Positions 1 to 7,353 of a stretch of 32,000 nucleotides of DNA are shown in pieces. The stretch lies in the NCBI GenBank assembly GCA_964401865.1, contig CAYNZZ010000011.1:1-32000 (forward strand), read 5' to 3'. The first letter of the stretch is position 1, and each line of letters opens with the position of its first letter. The translations under genes were made by a program, and so were the position numbers. The DNA is from an uncultured Erysipelotrichaceae bacterium. GTDB taxonomy: Bacteria; Bacillota_I; Bacilli_A; Erysipelotrichales; Erysipelotrichaceae. The notes under the pieces are model-generated. The model was given only the letters and a program-made list of their open reading frames with translations. It ran no database searches and was not told where the DNA came from.

Positions 1-23
1 ATCAAGCACATCGCCGGGTAATT

Positions 24-50
24 CCTCACTAGCAATAGTGAGGTTTTTTT
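24..50 (+). terminator. Rho-independent terminator of an upstream gene lying outside the window
   Basis: Perfect 8-bp stem CCTCACTA (24-31) / TAGTGAGG (36-43), loop GCAA, followed by T7 (44-50). Confidence 0.7.
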
Positions 51-163
51 ATTTTTTGGAAATTGATAGAGTGCTTTTACATATAAGTGTGCGACTTGTT
101 CAGGGGATATTGAGTCGATGATTATTACGTACCATTGAATCGTGCCAAATAATAAATATGATG

Positions 164-182
164 TAATTATTACTGATAATTA
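164..182. promoter_or_regulatory. Candidate operator (inverted repeat) upstream of the MarR-fusion gene
   Basis: TAATTAT (164-170) - 5 nt - ATAATTA (176-182), a perfect 7-bp inverted repeat about 60 nt upstream of the TTG start. It is very AT-rich, so it could be chance. Confidence 0.2.
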
Positions 183-244
183 TACATAAAATGTTTCAAT
201 TATTTTGATAGAAATATTATATACTTGTTTTAGAGGGATTATAC

Positions 245-1369
245 TTGAATAAAAATTATATCAGTTTAGACACATCGGTTTTGTATCGTTCTAATCAGAA
301 ATATTTTGACGAGATATTGGCACCTTATAATATTGGATATGCCCATCTAATCTTTTTAATTGAGATTTACGAACATGATGGAATATCAATGAATGAATTG
401 GCAGTGAATGGTTCATTCGATAAAGGCACTGTAACAAAAAGTATTCAAAAACTTGTAGAACTAGGCTATGTAAGTATTAAAATCAGTGAAAGCGATCGTC
501 GTTTACGCCTTTTATATACAACTTTAAAAACAAGAGATATTATCCATGAATTATACAAAATCAGACAAGAGAGATGGCAATATTTATCTCAAGATTTAAA
601 TGACGAAGAAAAGGATAAGTATCAGGATATAACTTCAATATTAGTTGCTAGGGCTAGAGAATATGAAAAAAATATTAGCGATAAGCTTGATATAGCTATT
701 TATGATATTAAAAAGTTGAGTTTAACAGACTTTAAAGGACAAATATGTTCAACTTTATATACTGGCGGATGTAATTTCTGCTGTCCACATTGTGATCAGA
801 AGGAATTGGTTTTTCTAAAAGAGAATAGAGTGGCTTATCACACAAACAAATTATTGGATTATTTAGAAAGTAGGAAAGGCATAATTGATGGAGTATGCAT
901 AGACGGTGGAGAACCATTGCTTTCAAAAGGTTTATATGACTTTATTAAAATAGTGAAAGAGATGGGCTTTAAGGTAAAGATTATAACGAATGGCTTTTAT
1001 TTTCAACGATTAAAGGAATTGATTGATAACAACTTATTAGATTTCGTTACTATGGATATCAAAAATTCTCCAAGAAAATATCTAACTACCGTAGGATTAG
1101 ATGAAATTAACTTTCAACTTATTAAAGATAGTATCGAATTATTGATTTCATCAGATATAGATTACGAGTTCAGAACTACAGTTATAGAAGAAATGCACGA
1201 TGAAAGTGATATTGAAGAAATCTCCAAACTGTTAAAAGGGGCTAAAAATTATAAAATTATTAATTACCAAGGTAATAATCAAAATTCTTTTCATCCAGTA
1301 TCAAACGAAAAACTTTTAAAGTTTAAAGACATTGCTTCAAGATATATTGAAGGAGTAGTTATTAAATAA
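245..1369 (+). CDS. Fusion protein: N-terminal MarR-family winged-helix regulator plus C-terminal NrdG2-type (TIGR02495-like) radical-SAM glycyl-radical activase domain
   Basis: Uninterrupted 374-codon ORF. TTG start at 245 with GAGGG at 233-237. Residues ~1-140 read as MarR (GISMNELAVNGSFDKGTVTKSIQKLVELGYVSIKISESDRRLRLLYTT). Residues ~150-374 read as activase: YTGGCNFCCPHC (intact CX3CX2C), DGVCIDGGEPLL, KIITNG, DYEFRTTV. Confidence 0.8.
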   Translation: MNKNYISLDTSVLYRSNQKYFDEILAPYNIGYAHLIFLIEIYEHDGISMNELAVNGSFDKGTVTKSIQKLVELGYVSIKISESDRRLRLLYTTLKTRDIIHELYKIRQERWQYLSQDLNDEEKDKYQDITSILVARAREYEKNISDKLDIAIYDIKKLSLTDFKGQICSTLYTGGCNFCCPHCDQKELVFLKENRVAYHTNKLLDYLESRKGIIDGVCIDGGEPLLSKGLYDFIKIVKEMGFKVKIITNGFYFQRLKELIDNNLLDFVTMDIKNSPRKYLTTVGLDEINFQLIKDSIELLISSDIDYEFRTTVIEEMHDESDIEEISKLLKGAKNYKIINYQGNNQNSFHPVSNEKLLKFKDIASRYIEGVVIK

Positions 1370-1386
1370 TGATAAATGATTATAAA

Positions 1387-1412
1387 AAAAAGTTCATTGT
1401 GATGAACTTTTT
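1387..1412. terminator. Bidirectional terminator between convergent genes
   Basis: AAAAAGTTCAT (1387-1397) / ATGAACTTTTT (1402-1412), loop TGTG. A-run on one side and T-run on the other. Confidence 0.6.
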
Positions 1413-1434
1413 AGTTGATAAATAAATTTAAATG

Positions 1435-2325
1435 TTATTTATATGCTTCTTTAAAACAAGCTATAGCTCCAATTAGGTTGGCGTCATTTCTGAATTTACA
1501 TTGTATCACTTCAGCTTTTGGTACTGAATAGGCGCATGATTGATATAATTTATCTAAGTTCTTTACGATATAATCTATAAAAATTGGTTGAGCAGATATA
1601 CCGCCACCTATTGCGAATTTTTCAACATCCAGTATAGTTTCCAGATTAAAAATTTGTATAGCTATCTCTAGTGTATATTTATTTAGAGCTTCAACGGCAT
1701 CTTTATCACCATTATTGACCGCTTCAAATACATCTTTACCAGATATGTTATTGGCATCTATTTTTTTAGCCTCAGCATATGATCGACATAGAGTTAAAAC
1801 GCTACATCTGTTGCCCCAAACATTTTGTGTTTCTATTTTATCTGACACAATGTTGTTAATGTACGAGACTTCGCCAGCCGAATTATGAATGCCTCGGTGT
1901 ATCTTTTTATCTTTGATGAAAGCTCCGCCAATCATTGTGCCAAATAACAAGATAAAGCTATCGTTAACATCTTTTAGAGAACCGTAGCTGACTTCGGCCA
2001 TGGCAGCACATTTTGCGTCGTTTTCTATATAGATATCTGTTGGGCAGCGCTTGTATAAAGCTTCTTTGATGTGAAAATCATTGTTGAACTTGATGGCACC
2101 GCCCATGATACAATGTCCTTTTTCCGTATCTATAATACCGGGCATCGAAATGGCTATTCCTTCGATATCTTTGAATTCATCATAAATTTTGCCGATTGCT
2201 TCAACAAAATCTTCACGATTCGTATTTGGAGTTTTTATTGAACCGGTTTTTATAAATTCAATCTTATCATTGCATAAAGCATATTTAATAAAAGAACCAC
2301 CGATGTCTAAAGCTAATAGACTCAT
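1435..2325 (-). CDS. ROK-family sugar kinase (lacks the CxCGxxGCxE zinc motif)
   Basis: MSLLALDIGGSFIKYAL (phosphate-1 motif); ENDAKCAAMAEVSYG...LLFGTMIGGAFI...NSAGEVSY is typical ROK. The start ATG overlaps the stop of the upstream aldolase gene (ATGA at 2322-2325). Confidence 0.8.
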   Translation of the reverse strand: MSLLALDIGGSFIKYALCNDKIEFIKTGSIKTPNTNREDFVEAIGKIYDEFKDIEGIAISMPGIIDTEKGHCIMGGAIKFNNDFHIKEALYKRCPTDIYIENDAKCAAMAEVSYGSLKDVNDSFILLFGTMIGGAFIKDKKIHRGIHNSAGEVSYINNIVSDKIETQNVWGNRCSVLTLCRSYAEAKKIDANNISGKDVFEAVNNGDKDAVEALNKYTLEIAIQIFNLETILDVEKFAIGGGISAQPIFIDYIVKNLDKLYQSCAYSVPKAEVIQCKFRNDANLIGAIACFKEAYK

Positions 2326-3002
2326 AGAACATCCTTCATTGTTTTGTCTTTACCGATTAAGCTCTCAATATCTTTAATGAAATCATTAACCGCATGATTT
2401 ACACATTGATTATTTACTAAATTATCAATAACTTCTGGTGCGATTGTAGCGGCACCGATGCCATATTCACATAATTCGAGTATCTGTTGAGAATTCTTGA
2501 AGCTAGCGGCCAATATTTTAGTATCTAGACAATTAGAGTTAAAGATATTTTGAATTTGTTTAGCCACCCCGATGCCGTTATAGCCTAAATTATCAATACG
2601 ATTTATATAAGGAGCTACATAATCGGCGCCGCATTTAGCACTTATGAATGCTTGCATAGGTGCGTAAATTGCAGTAGCGGTAATTCTTATATCTTCTTTT
2701 TTAAGTGTTTTCATGGCTTTGAATCCTTCTTTGATGGCCGGTATTTTAATGTATGTGTTCTTACCTAAAACTTCAATAATTTTATGGGCGTCTTCAACCA
2801 TCCCTTCAGCATTCATAGCTGTAGCTTGAACATGAAGTTCTTGTTCATCACCGATAAACTCTCTGATTTCTTTTAACACAGAAAGAGGATCTCTATCAAC
2901 TTTTGATAGAATAGTTGGATTAGTGGTTACGCCATCAACAGGGTAAAAACTATATATGTTTTTAATTTTTTCGATATTTGCATCATCAATTATTAGTTTC
3001 AT
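2322..3002 (-). CDS. fsa: Fructose-6-phosphate aldolase / TalC-type transaldolase-family protein
   Basis: MKLIIDDANIEKIK...YPVDGVTTNPTIL...IKIPA...ITATAIY are FSA/TalC hallmarks; about 226 aa. I prefer the ATG at 3002 because GGAG (3014-3011) sits 8 nt upstream; the track start at 3008 would leave only 2 nt. Confidence 0.85.
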   Translation of the reverse strand: MKLIIDDANIEKIKNIYSFYPVDGVTTNPTILSKVDRDPLSVLKEIREFIGDEQELHVQATAMNAEGMVEDAHKIIEVLGKNTYIKIPAIKEGFKAMKTLKKEDIRITATAIYAPMQAFISAKCGADYVAPYINRIDNLGYNGIGVAKQIQNIFNSNCLDTKILAASFKNSQQILELCEYGIGAATIAPEVIDNLVNNQCVNHAVNDFIKDIESLIGKDKTMKDVL

Positions 3003-3017
3003 TTTCATTTCTCCTTT

Positions 3018-5432
3018 TTAAAGCGATTGTTCGGTACGACCGATAATGTCATCTTGAGTCTTTTTAGACAGAACATTGAAGAAAGCACTATAACCAGCTA
3101 CCCTAACAATTAAATCTTTATGATTTTCTGGATGTAATTGAGCATCGATTAAAGTTTCTTTTGATACGATGTTATATTGAACATGATATCCATGTAAACG
3201 ATTGAAGAAAGTACTGATAAGCATTTCGAGTTTTTGTTTATTTTCTTCGCTTTTCAACATTTGAGGAGTCATTTTTTGATTCAACAACACTCCACCTGTA
3301 ATCTTGTCTGTAGGAAGTTTAGAAACTGATTTAAAGACAGCAGTTGGACCTTGTTTATCGGAATTATGAGCAGGACTACATCCTTCAGCCAGCGGCTCGA
3401 AAGCATTCCTTCCGTCAGGAGTGGCGCAAGTTCCCATTCCTTGACCTACGTTAGCACTGATTGATGAAGTTCCGCCATAACGAATGCCGCCGATAGGACC
3501 GCGCTTATACCTGGTGTTTGGATAATTTGTGATTTCATCAAGATATGAATCATATGCTTCCACAACTAATTTATCAACATAATCGTTGTCGTTTCCGTAT
3601 TTTGGAGCTTCATTTATTAACATATCTTGAATCTTTTTATTTTCATCACTCTTGAAGTCGTCTAGAATGGCATTCCATAATTCTTCCTGGGTGATTTTTT
3701 TCTCTTCAAACACAAGTTTTTTGATAGCAGCCAGTGAATCGGCCATGTTGGCAATACCGACTTGTAATCCGGATATAAAGTCATATACGGCACCACCTTC
3801 TTTAATTGTCTTGCCTCTTGCGATACAATCATCAGTTAATGTCGAACACAAGATATCTGGAACATCTCTTTCACTTGCTAAGTCGATGGCGTTTTCAACA
3901 ATAACACTATATCTCGTCATCTCTCTAACTGTTTTATCCCAAGCATTTAGCAGTTCCTCGTATGATTTCATATCTTTAAAATAGCCATATCCTTTAGTAA
4001 AACGTTTACCGCTGGTCAAATCAACTCCGTTATTCATTGCACATAATAACACTCTTGGGAAATTGATGTATGACATTCCTGTGCAACGATATCCCCATTT
4101 GCCAGGAACAGCTGTTTCTACACAGCCAATAGCACTATAATTATAGGCATCCTCTTCTTTAACACCCCAATTGATGAAAGAAGGGATGATTATCTCATCA
4201 TTGTTTAAAGCCGGCATACCAAAACCTAATTTCATTACCTCGATACACTCGTCAAAGAATTTTTTATTTAAGTTTTTGTGGTATCGTACGGTAAGATTTG
4301 GCTGAGTTAAACGAGTTTGAGCAACTGATTTAAGAACTAAGAAACTCAATTCGTTTACCGCATCTTCTTTGTTTGTGGTTTGTCCGCCTATTGTTACATT
4401 CTGATACATTGGCGAGCCTGCACTACTCAATGTATGAGCTTGTGATCTTACTTTGTTGATAGTTAGAGTTTTAATCCATAAGCAAGTCAATAATTCCAAA
4501 GCTTCTGCTTCGTTGATGATTCCATTGTTGAGATCGTGTTTGTAATATGGATATAAATATTGATCAAAACGACCATAGCTTAAAGAGTGCCCGTTAGATT
4601 CGATTTGTAAAATCAGTTGAATAAACCATACAATTTGTATAGCTTCTTTAAATGAAGATGCTGGTTTTAGAGAAATATTTGAGCAGATTTCACTCATCTG
4701 CAAAAGTTCTTCTCTTCTAGTGATATCTTCTTCTTTACATGCTAGTTCGTTTGCCAAAGTGCTATATCTTAAAATAAAATTAGAAACAGCCTCTAATACC
4801 GTTTTGCTGGCTTTATAGAAAACCAATTTATCAATACTTTCCGGAATAGTTAAATCCAATTTGTTTTTATACTCATCAATTTTATCAAGATACCCTTTGA
4901 TACCATGCTTTAAAACTTTCTCATAATTGACGGCTAAATGAGCATCACCTGCATTAAGCTTTCCTTCCATGCCGAAAACTCCGGTTTCCATAAATACATT
5001 AACTTCTTCGGGAAGCAATGCTTCTCCACGCGCTCTTAGATTGTTGTTTTGCCAGAATGGATAAATAGACCTCAAGTCTTTTTTAGTTTTTTCAGTTATA
5101 TAGAAAACATCACCATCTCTTTTTTCAAACAAATCTAGTTCTTTAATGATAAACTCCATTGTATATTCAGGAAATATCGGAGCATTGCAGTTTTTGCTGG
5201 TCTGATTTCCGGCTAAGATAGTGTTTTTTTCAATATAGATGGTCATTTTTTCCAAGATGTCTTTAAGCATTAAAGCTCTTAACATTACTTTAGGTTCATT
5301 TTGATGTTTTTGATATGTTTCAGTAACAATCAAAGCTCTTTCGGCATCAATGTAAGGTTTTTCGTTTAAAACTTCTTCTCTGAAGTCACTCATGCGTTTA
5401 GTTAATTGTCCAAAATGTTTTATATTCTGCAT
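3018..5432 (-). CDS. Glycyl radical enzyme, PFL2/glycerol-dehydratase class (PflD/YbiW-like eliminase/dehydratase type)
   Basis: C-terminal glycyl-radical loop LIVRVAGYSAFF. The active-site loop AIGCVETAVPG has a single Cys followed by Glu, unlike the Cys-Cys of true pyruvate formate-lyase. About 804 aa. I prefer the ATG at 5432 (GGAG at 5442-5439) over the track's TTG at 5444. Confidence 0.9.
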   Translation of the reverse strand: MQNIKHFGQLTKRMSDFREEVLNEKPYIDAERALIVTETYQKHQNEPKVMLRALMLKDILEKMTIYIEKNTILAGNQTSKNCNAPIFPEYTMEFIIKELDLFEKRDGDVFYITEKTKKDLRSIYPFWQNNNLRARGEALLPEEVNVFMETGVFGMEGKLNAGDAHLAVNYEKVLKHGIKGYLDKIDEYKNKLDLTIPESIDKLVFYKASKTVLEAVSNFILRYSTLANELACKEEDITRREELLQMSEICSNISLKPASSFKEAIQIVWFIQLILQIESNGHSLSYGRFDQYLYPYYKHDLNNGIINEAEALELLTCLWIKTLTINKVRSQAHTLSSAGSPMYQNVTIGGQTTNKEDAVNELSFLVLKSVAQTRLTQPNLTVRYHKNLNKKFFDECIEVMKLGFGMPALNNDEIIIPSFINWGVKEEDAYNYSAIGCVETAVPGKWGYRCTGMSYINFPRVLLCAMNNGVDLTSGKRFTKGYGYFKDMKSYEELLNAWDKTVREMTRYSVIVENAIDLASERDVPDILCSTLTDDCIARGKTIKEGGAVYDFISGLQVGIANMADSLAAIKKLVFEEKKITQEELWNAILDDFKSDENKKIQDMLINEAPKYGNDNDYVDKLVVEAYDSYLDEITNYPNTRYKRGPIGGIRYGGTSSISANVGQGMGTCATPDGRNAFEPLAEGCSPAHNSDKQGPTAVFKSVSKLPTDKITGGVLLNQKMTPQMLKSEENKQKLEMLISTFFNRLHGYHVQYNIVSKETLIDAQLHPENHKDLIVRVAGYSAFFNVLSKKTQDDIIGRTEQSL

Positions 5433-5443
5433 ATTAGTCTCCA

Positions 5444-5460
5444 AACTTTCAAATGAAAGT
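5444..5460. promoter_or_regulatory. Operator-like palindrome, copy 1 (ACTTTCA-AA-TGAAAGT)
   Basis: Perfect 7+7 inverted repeat at 5445-5460. The 15-nt core AACTTTCAAATGAAA (5444-5458) recurs at 5528-5542. It lies immediately upstream of the GRE RBS. Confidence 0.5.
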
Positions 5461-5527
5461 GTTATTTACAATATAAATGTATCATATCCCTTGTTTTCCA
5501 ACAATAACTTTTAATTAAAAATAATAT

Positions 5528-5543
5528 AACTTTCAAATGAAAT
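5528..5543. promoter_or_regulatory. Operator-like box, copy 2
   Basis: AACTTTCAAATGAAA (5528-5542) is identical to 5444-5458 and starts 84 bp later. It lies 7 nt upstream of the -35 of the activase promoter. Confidence 0.5.
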
Positions 5544-5549
5544 ATTTAA

Positions 5550-5578
5550 TTGATAACGAAAAGATAAGTTGATATACT
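5550..5578 (+). promoter_or_regulatory. Sigma-A-like promoter for the activase/DeoR genes
   Basis: TTGATA (5550-5555) - 17 nt - TATACT (5573-5578). The implied transcription start falls at or next to the GAGG RBS (5585-5588), so the leader would be very short. Confidence 0.45.
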
Positions 5579-5593
5579 TTGAGTGAGGTAAAC

Positions 5594-6493
5594 ATGAAAG
5601 ATAAAGGATTAATATTTAATATACAAAAGTTTTCGGTTAATGATGGACCAGGAATCAGAACAGTTATCTTTTTTAAAGGATGTCCTTTGAGATGCAAATG
5701 GTGTTCAAATCCTGAAAGCCAGAGTTTTAAAAAGCAATTGTTTCACGATAATAAAAGATGTATAAAATGTTTAAGATGCATAAAATCATGCCCAAAAAAG
5801 GCTATTTTATTTAAGGACAATAACATTATCATCAATCATGATCTTTGCGATGCATGTGAAAGATGTATAAAAGTTTGTGAAAATCGAGCATTAAATGTCG
5901 AAGGAAACTATAACACGGTCGATGAGGTGATGAATGTTGTTATGCAAGATATTGATTTCTATTTGGAAAGCGGTGGCGGGATAACTTTATCTGGTGGTGA
6001 ATTGTTATGGCAAAAGGATTTTGCGATTGAACTTTTAAAAGAGAGTAAAAAAAATGGTTTACATACTTGTATAGAAACGACAGCATATACAAATGAAGAT
6101 GTGTTTAAAGAAATCATTAATTATGTTGATTATCTGTTTATTGATATCAAGCACTATGATAGAGAAAAACATTTTGAAGGTACAGGTGTCTATAATGATA
6201 TGATTATCAGCAATTTAAATCTAGCTTTATCGATGAAAAAAGAATTGATTGTAAGAATACCGGTTATACCTAAATTTAATTCTTCGCTCGATGATGCCAA
6301 AAAATTCGCAATTCTTTTTAATGAACTCAATGTCAAAAAATGCCAATTACTGCCATTTCATCAATTTGGCGAGAATAAATATCATTTATTAAATAAAGAT
6401 TATGTTTATGCTGATGTGGAATCACTACATACCGAGGATTTAAAAGAATATCAAGATATTCTTATTGCTGGTGGTATTGATGCGTATTTTTAG
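5594..6493 (+). CDS. Glycyl-radical enzyme activating protein (PflC/YbiY-like, with two extra ferredoxin-type clusters)
   Basis: GCPLRCKWCSNPES (CX3CX2C), CIKCLRCIKSCP and CDACERCIKVCE (two CxxCxxCxxxC motifs), GGGITLSGGE. I prefer the ATG at 5594 (GAGG 5585-5588) over the track's TTG at 5579. Confidence 0.9.
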   Translation: MKDKGLIFNIQKFSVNDGPGIRTVIFFKGCPLRCKWCSNPESQSFKKQLFHDNKRCIKCLRCIKSCPKKAILFKDNNIIINHDLCDACERCIKVCENRALNVEGNYNTVDEVMNVVMQDIDFYLESGGGITLSGGELLWQKDFAIELLKESKKNGLHTCIETTAYTNEDVFKEIINYVDYLFIDIKHYDREKHFEGTGVYNDMIISNLNLALSMKKELIVRIPVIPKFNSSLDDAKKFAILFNELNVKKCQLLPFHQFGENKYHLLNKDYVYADVESLHTEDLKEYQDILIAGGIDAYF

Positions 6494-6501
6494 AGGTGAA
6501 C

Positions 6502-7248
6502 ATGTTAGACAGAACAAATAAAATATTGGAATTATTAACTGAAAATACTAAATTAGATATTAAATATTTGAGCGAAAAACTAAATGTTTCGCAAGTTACA
6601 GTTCGAAAAGATTTGGATGGGCTAGAAAAAAGAAATATTGTTAAGCGCGAGCACGGTTATGCCGTATTGCTCAGCAAAGATAATATCGCTGGACGCATGG
6701 CTTATCATTACGATATAAAGGTCAAGATAGCTAAAATGGCAAGTACACTTATAAATGATGGCGATACAATAATGATTGAAAGCGGAAGCTGTTGTGCTTT
6801 GTTAGCTGAAACGCTATGCAGTACAAAAAAAGATCTTAAGATTATCACAAATAGCGCTTTTATTGCTGAACTAATCTGTTCAAAATCTAATTTTGAAGTA
6901 ATTCTTTTAGGTGGCATTTTTCAAAAATCTTCTAAAGTCATGGTTGGACCTATGGTCAGAGAATGCGTATGCAATTTTTATGTTGAAAAATTTTTTATTG
7001 GCACTGATTCTTATTCAAATAAAACAGGTTTTACCAATCAGGATCAATTACGTGGGCAAGCGGTAAAAGATATGTCTATTCAATCTGACGAGGTAGTTGT
7101 GCTAACTGAAAGTGAGAAGTTTCATTCAAAGGGCACTATTCCTTTAAATATTGGCAACAAGATTAAATTGGTTATAACAGATAACGATATTGATTCAGAT
7201 AGTATCGAAGAATTAAATAAGCAGGGAATCGAAGTTAAAACAGTATAG
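6502..7248 (+). CDS. DeoR-family transcriptional regulator
   Basis: N-terminal HTH (IKYLSEKLNVSQVTVRKDLDGLEKRNIVKREHGYA) plus a DeoR-C sugar-phosphate-binding-type C-terminus (IMIESGSCC...ITNS...LLGG). Start is ATG 6502 or GTG 6496. Confidence 0.85.
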   Translation: MLDRTNKILELLTENTKLDIKYLSEKLNVSQVTVRKDLDGLEKRNIVKREHGYAVLLSKDNIAGRMAYHYDIKVKIAKMASTLINDGDTIMIESGSCCALLAETLCSTKKDLKIITNSAFIAELICSKSNFEVILLGGIFQKSSKVMVGPMVRECVCNFYVEKFFIGTDSYSNKTGFTNQDQLRGQAVKDMSIQSDEVVVLTESEKFHSKGTIPLNIGNKIKLVITDNDIDSDSIEELNKQGIEVKTV

Positions 7249-7266
7249 CTTCGACATAAATATTAT

Positions 7267-7296
7267 TTGATTGATTATTGCATGATTGGTTATAAT
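7267..7296 (+). promoter_or_regulatory. Candidate sigma-A promoter of the nrdD-like gene
   Basis: TTGATT (7267-7272) - 18 nt - TATAAT (7291-7296). Confidence 0.4.
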
Positions 7297-7353
7297 TATG
7301 GCGTAAGAGTAGCTATTTAATGATTGATAATTTATATTCATCAGGAGCAAATT

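Noticed and set aside
61-244. Possible riboswitch or leader RNA in the 200-nt region upstream of the MarR-fusion gene.
   Set aside because: I saw only short, weak helices (for example CGACT/AGTCG) and nothing resembling a known riboswitch core. The region more likely holds a promoter and operator.
3652-3984. 110-aa plus-strand ORF inside the GRE gene. Similar antisense or alternate-frame ORFs occur at 732-926, 2189-2377, 6708-6917, 10381-10626, 10577-10765, 12198-12452, 16814-17116, 16873-17067, 19875-20084, 22293-22526, 26653-27000 and 28116-28355.
   Set aside because: Each lies wholly within a strongly supported gene, on the other strand or in another frame. They have low-complexity, Ser/Leu/Ile-rich composition, no RBS and no recognisable motifs. 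They are shadow ORFs.
3018-5432. Calling the GRE a pyruvate formate-lyase (PflB).
   Set aside because: The active-site loop is GCVE, a single Cys plus Glu, typical of PFL2/dehydratase-type GREs. True PFL has an adjacent Cys-Cys pair. The aldolase/kinase context also argues against pyruvate cleavage.
1435-7248. GRE cassette as a mobile or horizontally inserted island between the nrdG-like and nrdD-like genes.
   Set aside because: I could find no flanking direct repeats, no recombinase and no evident compositional break by eye. This remains only a synteny-based speculation, noted under findings.
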